This document shows positions 1-12,940 of a DNA stretch of 64,000 bases, in pieces. The notes under the pieces were generated by a model. That model searched no databases, had not been told where the DNA came from, and saw nothing but the letters and a program-made list of their open reading frames with translations. How positions within the stretch are numbered: the first letter of the stretch is position 1; every line of letters begins with the position of its first letter. Position numbers and translations under genes: made by a program. The DNA is from Mobula hypostoma (taxonomy: Eukaryota): assembly GCF_963921235.1 (NCBI RefSeq), contig NW_026948178.1, forward strand, positions 372,001 to 436,000, read 5' to 3'.

Positions 1-310
1 CTGTTTATCGCCGTTTCTGTTCACTTGCCTGTGCCGTATGTCAGTTCGGTCTTTAACTCTATCAAGTAACTTTTTTTTGCTGTATTATACTATATTTTTG
101 AAAACGGACTGTTTTTCAAGCAGCTGGAAATAATCAGTCGTAATCATCCACCTGAAAGTTTAAATATGTTCCCCTCCCCAGTGCCGCCCACAAGTGAATG
201 ACAGTATATTGACAGCATTCTGTAGTTTTATCTCTGATCTGTGCATCTGTAGTATTTTGCTTCTTCCTGTAGTATACCTGTAGTATTTTTGCTTCTTTTT
301 GCTTCAAAAG

Positions 311-3195
311 TCTTCTGAGGTGTATATATTTCAATGCTAGGAGTAATGCGGGGAAGGCGGGTGAGTTGAGAGCGTGGATTGACACGTGGAATTATGATAT
401 TATATCAATTAGTGAAACTTGGCTACAGGAGGGGCAGGACTGGCAGCTTAATATTCCAGGGTTCCGATGTTTCAGATGGGATCGAGGTAGAGGAATGAAA
501 GGTGGGGGATTAGCATTGCTTGTTAGGGAAAATATTACAGCAGTTGTCAGGCTGGACAGATTAGAGGGCTTGTCTACTGAGTCTTTATGGGTGGAGCTGG
601 GAAACAGGAAAGGTATGGCCACATTAGTGGGATTGTATTACAGAACACCCAATAGTCAATGAGAATTGGAAGAGCAAATCTGCAGAGAGATAGCAGGCAA
701 CTGCAGGAAACATAAAGTTCTGGTGGTAGGGGATTTTAATTTTCCATATATTGATTGGTTCTCCCATACCTTTAGAGATCTAGATGGTTTAGAGTTTGTA
801 AAATGTATTCAGGAAAGTTTTCTAAATCAATATATAGAGGGACCAACTGGAGGGGATGCAATATTGGATCTCCTGTTAGGAAACGAGTTAGGACAAGTGA
901 CAGAAGTCTGTGTAGGGGAGCACTTTGGTTCCAGTGATCATAACACCATTAAATTCAACTTGATCATGGACAAGGATAGATCTGGTCCTAGGGTAGAGGT
1001 TCTTAACTGGAAGAAGGCCAGAATTGAAAAAAATGAGAAAGGATCTAAAAAGCGTGGTTTGGGACAGGTTGTTCTCTGGCAAGGACGTGATCGGTAGGTG
1101 GGAAGCCTTCAAAGGAGAAATTCTGAGACTGCAGAATTTGTATGTTCCTGTCAGGATTAAAGGCAAAGTGAATAGGAATAAGGAACCTTTGTTCTTAAGG
1201 GATATTGCAACTCTGATAAAGAAGAAGAGGGAGTTGTATGACATGTATAAGAAACAGAGAGTAAATAAGGTGCTTGAGGAGTATAAGAAGTGCAAGAAAA
1301 TACTTCAGAAAGTAATCAGGAGGGTAAAAGAAGACATGAGGTTGCATTGGCAGTCAAAGTGAAGGATAATCCAAAGAGCTTTTACAGGTATATTAAGAGC
1401 AAAAGGATTGTAAGGGATGAAATTGGTCCTCTTGAAGTTCAGAGTGGTCGGCTATGTGCGGAACCAAAGGAAATGGGGGAGATATTAAATATCTTTTGCT
1501 TCTGTATTTACTAAGGAAACTGGCATGAAGTCTTTGGAATTAAGGGAAACAAGTAATGAGATCATGGAGACTGTACAGATCGAAAAGGAGGAGGTCCTTG
1601 CTGTCGTGAGGAAAATTAAAGTGGATAAATCCCCGGGTCCTGACAGGGTGTTCCCTCGGACCTTGCAGGAGACTAGTCTTGAAATTGCAGGGGCCCTGGC
1701 AGAAATATTTAAAAAGTCGCTGTCTCTTCGTGAGGTGCTGGAGAGTTGGAGAGTGGCTCCTGTTGTTCCGTTGTTTGAAAAAGGATCGAAAAGTAATCCG
1801 GGAAATTATAGGCCAGTAAATTTAACGTCGATAGTAGGTAAGTTATTGGAGAGAGTACCAAAAGACAGAATCTACAAGCATTTGGATAGACAGGGACAAA
1901 TTAGGGAGAGTCAACATGGCTTTGTGCGTGGTAGGTCATGTTTGACCAATGTATTGGAGTTTTTCGAGGAGGTTACCAGGAAAGTGGATGAAGGGAAGGC
2001 AGTGGATATTGTCTACATGGACTTCAGTAAGGCCTTTGACAAGGTCCCGCATGGGAGGTTCTTAAGGAAAATTCAGTCGCTAGGTATACATGGAGAGGTG
2101 GTAAATTGGATTAGACATTGGCTCAATGGAAAAAGCCAAAGAGTGGTAGTAGAGAATTGCTTCACCGAGTGGAGGCCTGTGACTAGTGGTATGCTACAGG
2201 TATCAGTGCTGGGTCCCTTGTTATTTGTCATCTATATCAATGATTTGGATAATAATGTGGTAAATTGGATCAGCAAATTTGCAGATGATACTAAGATTTG
2301 AGGTGTAGTAGACAGTGAGGAAAGTTTTCAGAGCCTGCAGAAGGACTTGGACCAGCTGGAAAAATGGGCTGAAAAATGGCAGATGGAGTATAATACAGAC
2401 AAGTGTGAGGTATTGCACGTTGGAAGGACAAACCAAGGTAGAACAAACAGGGTTAATGGTAAGGCACTGAGGAGTGCAGTGGAACAGAGGGATCTGGGAA
2501 AACAGATGCAAAATTCCCTCAAAGTGGCGTTACAGGTAGATAGGGTCGTAAAGTGAGCTTTTGGTACATTGGCCTTTATTAATTGAAGTATTGAGTATTA
2601 GAGCTGGATTGTTATGATGAGGTTGTACAAGGCATTGGTGAGGCCGAATCTGGAGTATTGTGTTCAGTTTTGGTCACCAAATTACAGGAAGTATATAAAT
2701 AAGGTTGAAAGAGTGCAGAGAAGGTTTACAAGAATGTTGCCGGGACTTGAGAATCTCTGTTACAGAGAAAGGTTGAAAATGTTATGACTTTATTCCCTGG
2801 AGCGTAGAAGAATGAGGGGAGATTTGATAGAGGTATATAAAATTATGATGGGTATTGTAAGAGTGAATGCAAGCAGGCTTTTTCCACTGAGGCAAGGGGA
2901 GAAAAAAAAAAGGACATGGGTTAAGGGTGAGGGGGGAAAAGTTTAAAGGGAACATTAGTGGGGCTTCTTAACACAGAGAGTGGTGGGAGTATGGAATGAG
3001 CTGCCAGACGAGGTGGTAAATGCGGGATCTTTTTTAACATTTAAGAATAAATTGGACAGATACATGGACGGGATGTTTATGCAGTGATATGGACCGTGTG
3101 CAGGTCAGTGGGACTAGGCAGACAATGGTTCGGCACAGCCAATAAGGGCCAAAAAGCTTGTTTCTGTGCTGTAGTTTCTATGGTTTCTATGGTTT
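311..3195 (+). mobile_element. CR1 LINE, ORF2 (APE endonuclease plus RT), disrupted
   Basis: ISETW, VGDFN, SSDH endonuclease motifs; RT YMDFSKAFD, KFADD; stops and frameshifts; 3' (TTTCTATGG)n tail. Confidence 0.95.
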
Positions 3196-3239
3196 AACAG
3201 CACACAAGGTTTGATTCAGATCTGAGCAGAGTCCAGATT

Positions 3240-3356
3240 CTCTGATCCAATCAGCGCTGCCGCTTGTGACGTCAGCATCCAATTATCTGACGCGCAAACC
3301 CGGAAGTGCGGCTCAGTCTCCGAGTGTAACAGAGATCGGCGCTGCTCTCTGTCGGG
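3240..3356 (+). promoter_or_regulatory. TATA-less promoter of gene A cassette (CCAAT, CRE, ETS)
   Basis: CCAATCAG 3247, TGACGTCA 3267-3274, CCAAT 3279, ACCCGGAAGTG 3298-3308, just upstream of ATG 3357; conserved in all three cassettes. Confidence 0.65.
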
Positions 3357-3408
3357 ATGTCGGGACGGCCCTTCGCAGCGCTCCTTCTGTGTCTCTGCAT
3401 AACGGCGG
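3357..3408 (+). CDS. Gene A leader (signal peptide) exon MSGRPFAALLLCLCITA(G)
   Basis: ATG 3357, hydrophobic 17-mer, phase-1 donor G|gtgagg. Confidence 0.85.
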
Positions 3409-6400
3409 GTGAGGATCACTCTCTCTAACCAGTAGTGATCGTATAATCAACAGAACGACGGGTAGTTAGGTGAATGAAGGTGACTTTATAATTATCGACC
3501 GTACTGAGCTAAGAACCGATCCCTGGTATCTGTGCAGATTGAGTTAAGTGCAGTTCTGACGACTATCTACGTCGGTCGCTTTTTCCTCATATGATTTTCT
3601 CGTTCTTAGGTCAGTCCCAGCAGTTTACTATTACCGTTGAGAACAGCCAGATAAATGTCCCCGTTGGGGGTGATGCGCTTTTTTCAGTGCGGCCGTCGTC
3701 CAAGGTCAGAAGTGGAGACTGGTCTGTTAATGGGATATCAGTCGTCCGGTGGCTCGATCAGACCGTGTCTGTTGGCAATGAGTACACATCGCGGGCAGAG
3801 TTATTCACCTCCAATGGGTCGCTTCTGCTGAAATCGGTGAACGTGCGGGACAGCGGGGAATACCGTGTGAATATGGTTCCAGTCAGTGGCTCCCAAAGCT
3901 CAGCGACCATCACTCTGCGTGTTATTGGTAAGTGAGACAGAGTTATACACAGTCATGCGATCTCGGACTGTAAATTTCATTTTACTCCTGTGGTGAATGA
4001 ATACAATATAACCATTACGGTATCGCAGAACCTGGACTCCAGTGAACTCTGCCAGACCTATTTTCGGACTGTTCAGTTCTCACTGTTGTGCGTGGCTGTG
4101 TATCGAATTTCCTGTTTGCAGGTTCTCCGCACTCGTCTTTGCCGTATGTCAGTTCAGCGTTTAAGTCTACCAAATAACATTTTTTGCTGTATTATACTGT
4201 ATTTTTTTTAAACGGACTGTTTTTCAAGTCAGCTGGAAATGATCAGTTCTAAATCATCCACCTGAAAGTTTAACGATGCGCCCCTCCCCGGTGCCGCCCA
4301 CATGTCTATGAAACTATATTGACAGCATTCTGTAGTTTTATCTCTCATCTGTGCATCGGTAGTATTTTACTTTAAGCGGAATGTATATTCTTGGAGCCAT
4401 CATTTCAGCACAGTACGATACACGTGATACATGATATTAGTATTTTGACAGAAGCCGTATCTTGGCCCAACACCACATCAAATGCCGCTGGCTCTGTAGA
4501 ACACAATGACACGGTCAGTGTCGCTTGCTCGGCAAGAGGGGGACATGCTCCTTATTCGTGTTTAATGAAAAGCAAGACAGTTAGCTCTGCCGTTAGGATT
4601 ACGGTGAGCAGCACATCGACTGAACGTTTACTGCCAGTGTCGCTGTATTAGACCATGTGTCAAACACTGATTATATTTTCAAAGGAAACTTCGAGGCTCC
4701 GACACCGAGCCGGGAGCACCCCCTCTGCCGAGTGGCTTATGTTCACATGTTCCACGGAACAATTATGCTATAACCAAGTGCAATTCCGTTTATTCTGCTT
4801 TGATATTTGCTGCAGTGGGTAACCTCTGAAAGGAGAATATGTTGCTCACCGTCCCCTTAGTGAGTTCATTCCAGAGAAATCCATCAAACCAGAACGTGCT
4901 GCAGACGGGACGGGGTCAAACACGATTTGCCCCTTTTCGGCTGTATCCGACCCCTGTGGTCCTTTTACAATAATCTGGACAGCGTTGCATATTTGTCGAT
5001 TTATCCCCATTTTTTTTACGTGTGAAAATCCTCACATTTTAAGTTCCCTGGCCCCCACCGCTTTATTTTCACCATGGATGTCCAGTCCTTATATACTTCC
5101 ATCCCCCATCAGGAAGGTCTCAAAGCTCTACGCTTCTTGTTGGATTCCAGACCTAATCAGTTCCCCGTTACCACCACCCTGCTCCGTCTAGCGGAATTAG
5201 TCCTTACTCTTAACAATTTCTCCTTTGGCTCCTCCCACTTCCTCCAAACTAAAGATGAAGCTATGGGCACCCGTATGGGTCCTAACTATGCCTGCATTTT
5301 TGTTGGCTTTGTGGAACAATCGATGTTCCGTGTCTATTCTGGTATCTGTCCCCCACTTTTCCTTCGCTACATCGACGACTGCATTGGCGCTGCTTCCTGC
5401 ACGCATGCAGAGCGCGTTGAATTTATTAACTTTGCCTCCAACTTTCACCCTGCCCTCAAGTTTTCCGACACCTCCCTCCCCTTTCTAGATCTTTCTGTCT
5501 CTGTCTCTGGAGACAGCTTATCCACTGATGCCTACTATAAACCTACTGACTCTCACAGCTATCTGGACTATTCCTCTTCTCACCCTGTCTCTTGCAAAAA
5601 CGCCATCCCCTTCTCGCAATTCCTCCGTCTCCGCCGCATCTGCTCTCAGGAGGAGGCTTTTAATTCTAGGAAGAGGGAGATGTCTTCTTTTTTTTTCAAG
5701 AAAGGGGCTTCCCTTCCTCCACTATCAACTCTGCTCTTAAACGCATATCCCCCATTTCACGTACATCTGCTCTCACTCCATCCTCCCGCCACCCCACTAG
5801 GAATAGGGTTCCCCTGGTCCTCACCTACCACCCCACCAGCCTCCGGGTCCAACATATTATTCTCCGTAACTTCCACCACCTCCAACAGGATCCCACCACT
5901 AAGCACATCTTTCCCTCCCCCACCCCCCCCCCCGGCCTTCCGCAGGGATCGCTCCCTACGCGACTCCCTTGTCCATTCGTCCCCCCCATCCCTCCCCACT
6001 GATATCCCTCCTGGCACTTATCCGTGTAAGCGGAACAAGTGCTACACATGCCCTTACACTTCCTCCCTTACCACCATTCAGGGCCCCAAACAGTCTTTCA
6101 AGGTGAGGCAACACTTCAGCTGTGAGTCGGCTTGGGCTGAGGGCCAAAAGGACTGTTTCTGTGCTGTAGTTTCTATAGTTTCTATGGTTTCTCTCGTGAA
6201 CCCTGCCAATTCCCACTTTTCGGGCTGCTAAACTTCCACTTACAATCTGTAAAGCTGTAGATTAGTAACTATAACAGGATCAATGAACAATCCACGAGAG
6301 TGGACCAGACAGCATTCTGTGAAAATACTATTATAAATAAATAGTAATAAATATTGAGAATATGAAATGACGAAATATAATGTCCGCACAGTGAGATCAT

Positions 6401-9400
6401 TGGCTGTGGGAACATATCACTGGATGTCCAGTGAGCGTAGTTACCCGCTTTCTTTCAGAGCCTGATGCCTGAAGGGTTGTAACTGTTCTTGAACCAAGTG
6501 GTGCGAGTCCTGAGGTTCTTGTACCTTCTATCTGATGGGCAAGTGATTCTATACTCTACCCGCTCCCATACTCTATTCCTACAGAAATGAATGCCAAAAT
6601 TGCATTCGCCTTCTTCATCACCGACTCAACTAGGAGGTTAACCTTCAGGGTATCCGGCACGAGGACTCCCAGGTCCCGTTGCATCTCAGAACTTTGAATT
6701 CTTTCTCCATTTAAATAATAGTCTGCCCGTTTATTTCTTCTGTTAAAGTGCATAACCATACACTTTCCAACATTGTATTTCATTTGCCACTTCTCTGCCC
6801 ATTCTTCCAATCTATCCAAGTCTCTCTGCAGACTCTCCGTTTCCTCAGCACTACCGGCCCCTCCACCTATCTTCGTATCGTCAGCAAACTTAGCCACAAA
6901 GCAATCTATTCCATAATCCAAATCGTTGATGTACAATGTACAAAGGAGCGGCCCAAACACGGACCCTTGTGGAACACCGCTGGTAACCGGCAGCCAACCA
7001 GAATAGAATCCCTTTATTCCCACTCTCTGTTTCCTACCAATCAACCCCAATGCTCTATCCACGTATGTAACTTTAGTGTAATTCCATGGGCTCTTATCTT
7101 GTTATGCAGCCTCATGTGTGGCACCTTGACAAAGACCTGATGAAAATTCAAATATACAACATCCACTGCATCTCCCTTGTCTAGCCTACTTGTAATTTCC
7201 TCAAAAAATTGTAATAGGTTTGTCAGGCAGGATTTTGCTTTAAGGAAACAATGCTGAGTTCTGCCTATCTTGCCATATTCCTTCAGGTACTCCGTCACCT
7301 CATCCTTGGTAATCGACTCCAAGAACTGCCCAACCACCGATGTCAAGCTAACAGGTCTATAACTTCCTGCTTGCTTCCCTATCCCCTCCTTAAATAGTGG
7401 AGTGACGTTTGAAATCCTCCCGTTCTCCGGAACAATTCCGAAATCTACCGATTTTTGAAAGATCATCGCTAATGCCTCTGCAATTTCCACAGCTACTTCC
7501 TTCAGAACACGAGGGTGCATTTCATCTGGTCCGTGAGATATATCTCCCTTTAGACTAATCAGCTTCCTGAGTACTTTCTCTGTAACCCAGAAAAGTGTGA
7601 AGTGGTTCATTTGATTAGGTCCAATATGATGGCAGAATATAGTATTAATGGTAAGACTCCTGGCAGTGTGGAGGATCAGAGGGATCTTGTGGTCTCTAAA
7701 CAATACCCATGAGGGAATTTTACCACAGCTCTATAAACATTTGACATTTCTTCAGCTTTGTATCCCTTTTGCCAATCAACTTTCCAGCTCTTAGCTCCAC
7801 CCCTTCCTCTCCTGTCTTTTTCTGTCATTTCGAATCTCCCCCTCCCACTCCCACTTTCAGATCTCCTACTATCTCTTCTCTCAGTTCGTCCGGACGATTG
7901 GTCTCGGCCCGAAAACGTCGACGGTCCCCCTTCCTACATATGCCTCCCGCCCTGCTGCGTTCCACCAGCATTTTTGGGTGTGTTGCTCGAATTTCCAGCA
8001 TCTCAAGTGAAGTCACTTTTTTATTGTCATTTCAACCGGAAATGCTGGTACAGAACAAAGTAAAAATGAGACAATGTTTTCCAGTACATTGGCGCTGCAT
8101 GAAACAATACATAAACTACACTGAACCACGTGTGAATAAAACACATAAACTACCCTAGACTACAGATCCATCCAGGACTGCATAAGCGCACAAAACAGTG
8201 CAGGCTCTACAATAAATCATAATAATAAATAATAAGCAAGAGAGTAGGTCCAGTAGAGGGTATAGTAGATTGCCTCGAGTTTGCGCAGTAGATGGCACTT
8301 ATTCCAGACAATAACAGCATACGTCACAGGAGCGGATATCCGGCCATTACGCCCATCGAGACTCCTTCGCCATCACCAATGGGGGATCCTCAACCCCACT
8401 TCTTGGCCTTCTCCCCTTAACCTTTGAAGCCGTGTTCACTCAAGAACCTATCAAACTCTGCTTTAAATTCAGCCAACGAGGCGGACTCCACAGCTTCCTG
8501 TGGGAGCATTTTTTTTAATTCGACAACTTCTGGCAGACGAAATTTCTGCGTATCTCTTTTTTTTTAATTCAAGCCCCTCTATCCTGAGTTTGTGTCTCCA
8601 TATCTGAGACCCATCCACCATATGAAACATACTTTCCACATCTACTCTGTCTCGACCTTTCAACATTCGGAAAGTTTCAATGGGATGCCCCGTCGCCATC
8701 CTTCTAAATTCAAACGAGTGCACACCCAGAGCAATTAAACGTACGTTGCTCGTATGGTAACCCTCTCCTTCCGGGAATAATCCTTGTGACACAATTTCGA
8801 ACTCGAACCTGACCCAGTCAGATTGCTGTGAAAATAAATTTGCCACTGATAAAGGTGTGTTCTCGGAATGTTAAATATTCATTTGCTTTCTGTGTTAACA
8901 GCAAAAACAGATGACAAATATACCCTCGGCTCTGGCGCAATCGTGGGCATTGTGCTTGGTTTACTTGTCGTGGGACTGATTGGCGGAGTCAGTGGATTGT
9001 TGATGGCGAGGAAAATTGGCGGGTAAATGCATGTTTTCTCCGAAAATCGCATCGACTTTTAATTGGTGCGGTAGATTTCTTTTCTTTTTATTTTTGGCAG
9101 AAATTGTATATATTGGAAGCTTTTACACGAATTTGCGATTCGACAGGGTGATGAAGGAAGATACACAAGTTGGAGCTGGAGGGAACTCCAGACTCGGAGG
9201 GACAAAAGGGGAAAGTGTTGCACTGATTGTCAGAGAAAATATTACAGCTGTTCTCTGGCAGGATAGATAGAGGGCTCGTCTAGGGAGAATATTTGTGTGG
9301 AATTGAGGAATGGGTAAGCTGTTGTAACACTTACAGGGGTGTATTATAGATTACCGAATGGGGAGCGAGAACTGAAAGAGCTAATTTGTAAGGAGATAGC

Positions 9401-12400
9401 AGATATTTGTAGTAAGCGCAAGTGTGTGATTGTGCGAGATTTTAATTTTCCACACACCTTCTGTAAATGTCTGGATGGTTTGGAGTTTGTAAAATGAGCG
9501 CAGGATAGTTTTTTGCAGCAATTCATAGAGATACCAACTAGAGAAGGGGCAGTGTTGGATCTCCTGTTAGGGAATGAGATAGGTCAGGTGACGGAGGTAT
9601 GTATTGGGGAGCACTTCGTGTCCAGTGATCACAATGTCATTGGTTCAGTATAATTATGGAGAAGGATAGGTTTGGACCCAGGGTTGAGATTTTTCATTGC
9701 AGAAAGGTTAATTCTGAGGAGATGCGAAAGAATTTAGAAGGAGTGGATTGGGGCAATTTGTTTTATTGGAATAGTGTAATTGAGAAATGGAGGAAATTTT
9801 AATGTCAAATTTTGAGAGTACAGAATCTTTATGTTACTGGTAAGTTGAAAGGCAAGGTTAAAAGTTTGAGAGAGCCATGGTTTTAAAGGGGTATTGGAAA
9901 CTTGGTTAGAAAAAAAAAGAGATATCTACAATAAATATAGGCAGCATCGAGTAAATGAGGCGCTGGAGGAATATAAATAATGTAAAAAGAATCTTAACAA
10001 AGAAATTAGAAAAGCAAATAAAGATACGAGGTTCCTTTGCCAAGTAAGCTGAAAATAAATCCAAAGGGTTTCTTCAGTTATTTTAATAGCAAAAGGGTAG
10101 TGAGGGATAAAATTTGTCCCTTAGAGAATCAGAGTGAACAGTTTCGTGTGAAGCCAAAAGAGATGGGAGAGATTTTGAACAATTTCTTTTCTTCGGTATT
10201 CACTAGGAAGAAGGATATTGAATTGTGTCAGGTAAGGGGCGCAGTTAGGGAGGTTATGGAAACTATGATGATTAAAGAGAGGACGTACTGGCGCTTTTAA
10301 GGAATATAAAAATGGATATGACTCCGGGTCCTGACCAGATATTCCCTCGGACCATGAGTGATGTTAGTATAGAAATAGCAGGGGCCGGGGGATTGGCTAT
10401 TTGTTTTTCTTGCCCTTTGTTTAAAAAGGGTTCTAAGAGTAAACCTCGCAATTATCGGCCTGTGAGTCTGACGTCAGAGGTGGGTAAATTAATGGCACGT
10501 ATTCTTAGAGATGGTATATATAATTATCTGGATAGACAAGGTCTGATTAGAAAAAATCAACATGGATTTGTGCATGGAAGGTCATATTTGACAAACCTTA
10601 TCGAATTTTTGGAGAGGTTATTAGGGAAGTTGACGAGTGTAAAACTGTGGATGCTCTACATATGGCCTTCAGTAAGGCCTTTGACAAGGTTCCACACAGA
10701 AGGTCTGTTAGGAAGATTCAATCGTTAGGTATTAATATTGAAGTAGTATAATGTATTCAACAGTGGCTAGATGGGAGACGCCAGAGAGTAGTGGTGGATA
10801 ACAGTTTGTCAGATTGGAAGACGGTGTGTAGCGGTGTGCCTCAGGGATCTGTACTGGGTCCAATGTTGTTTGTCATATACATTATTATCTGAATGATGGG
10901 GTGGTAAATTAGATCAGTAGGTATGCAGATGATACTAAGATAAGTTCGGTTCTGGATAATGAAGCAGGTTTTCAAAGCTGGCAGAGAGATTTAAGCCTGT
11001 TAGAAGAGTGAGTTGAAAGATGGCAGATGGAGTGTAATGCTGGTAAGTGTGAGATGTTACATTTTAGCGGGGATGCAGGATGAATAGGTGTTTCACACGG
11101 CACAACAAGTTCTGGGATTTATTACAGAGGCAACAATTATTGGAGTCAGGAATGCGTACATAACAGGAACAGAAACATGGGCGGTGCTGAAAGTTTAATT
11201 TTCATTTCTCGTCACTCTGTGACCGGAGGCAAGCGAAGGATTCAGGAATGGTCCAGTAGAAATGTAGAAAAGCAGAAAATTGGTTCAGGGATCGAATGTG
11301 CTTTTGGGAGTCCACTGTTTCCTGGAAGGAATGCTGAGAGGAGTTTATACTGAAACACGTACACATCAGAGTTCGTGTGTGAGTTTGAAGTTGCTCTGCC
11401 ACATCAGTGAGTCCAAGATTAAAGGTCACAGATACAAGATGAACAGGCAGGCATTACACGTCAAGGAGAATGGTTTGTTTTCGAGCAGCGCGCTGGTGGA
11501 ACATGGGAGGCTTTGTTTGCAGATCTCCTGACAGCGGATCAGCTGTGGCAATGAAGAGGGAATTGGATAAATATCTGGTGACAATGTGCAGGGCTCAGGA
11601 ATGGAAAAATAACCGTGCATGGGTGTAGATCCCCACCAGACACTGCTGTCCCTCCGTGAGATAACGGATCTATGACTGAATATTACCCTGTCGATAACAA
11701 TCAGTTTCAGTCACAGTGGAGCAGTTGGTCAATCCGCACCGGTCAGTGTCCACCTGTTTGCATTTGTTTTAAAGTCTCGTTTCCCAGGGAGGTGCTAAAA
11801 TTAATTATCAATTCTGGAATTATCAGGGTCAGAAGTGGTCAGGATCAGCATTAATCTTTCATGTCGACGATGTTTTCCTCAAATTTGAACACTTGTCTGA
11901 ATTCGGGTTGCGTTCAGTGATACATGTGTCAATTTCTGCTGGAAAACGGATATCCGAACGAGCAAAACATTTTTACTCTGCTGAAACCATTATGATCACT
12001 GTTGTTCAGATCGAGTAGGGCTGGAATCGGATATCTGATAACCGGCTCAGTATCAAGGAATAACTAGAGACAAACGGAATTATAGGAGATGTTCTCATTC
12101 GGTTTATCAGTGCAGAAAAGTGACGTCCTGCCGAATTCATGTTTTGACCTTTGCTTCTGATTATTCAGGATCAAAGATATACCACAATCCAAGCACGACA
12201 GGAGCGTCAATTCCGGAAGAAAGAGTGAGTGAACTCCTTTTCAACTGTTCTGTGACTGAGCCCATGGAAATCTAAACATTGCATTTAAATATAGGATCTC
12301 ACAGTGCACGGAAGCTGGAGGTTTTCTTTTTATCTCGGCCAATGGTTGAGTATTCCAGTTTTAAAAAAAAGCTGAAATTTTGAACGAAAGATTAGAATAT

Positions 12401-12909
12401 CAGTGGAGAGATGGAACGGTTGTTTATTCAACTTCATTTGCCTTCTTATTGATCAATATCGGCCCTCAGTTACAGGTACTCTATACAAGGGAGTACATGT
12501 TTCTGGCAACTGGAGGGGATGTAGCTGACGCGATCGCTGGCATTTTGTTTGGGGCCCGGACTGACGTCTGCAGTACTAACAACGGTCCCTACTGCTCTTC
12601 ACCGTTGTGACATGTCCGTTTTGTTCCGACAGGCACGCCGGATACAAACACCGTGAACCCATCGCAAATCTATGAAAATTTCATGGGGATTGAACAGGTT
12701 GGATGTTTGTATTATGTTCACGGTCCCAGCCATTGTTTTTCAAATGGAAGTTAAGAACATAGGTGAAAGGGGTTTCTTCCTTTATGTTGCAGCGTAGGAT
12801 AATTAAAGTGACTTCTTTGTTGTGTGACGGGGTCCTGAATTACCCCTATGAACTGTGCTTTTGAAAAGAGAGAGAGAGAGTTATTTAACACCGATATCTC
12901 GTTTTGAAA

Positions 12910-12940
<31 letters not shown>

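Larger units (their letters stand above)
1..5020 (+). repeat. Segmental duplication copy 1 (pairs with about 34738-39765)
   Basis: Offset 34737; identical ORF-track translations across the CR1; diverges in the N exon. Confidence 0.95.

Noticed and set aside
3591-3935. ORF-track 114-aa single-exon proteins (also 34233 and 38329)
   Set aside because: MIFSF is the polypyrimidine tract and the stop lies in the donor site; these are internal N exons fed by the upstream leader.
3948-3975. CACAGTC plus 12 nt plus ACTGTAAAT after each V-like exon as a V(D)J recombination signal
   Set aside because: The heptamer is 20 nt into the intron behind a normal splice donor, the nonamer matches ACAAAAACC at only 4 of 9 positions, no J segments are visible and the domain lacks the V-gene cysteines.
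1-5020. False duplication (assembly artefact) of 34738-39765
   Set aside because: N exons, introns and Penelope copies differ at many sites and lead into clearly different 3' genes. Local consensus collapse within the CR1 cannot be excluded without reads.
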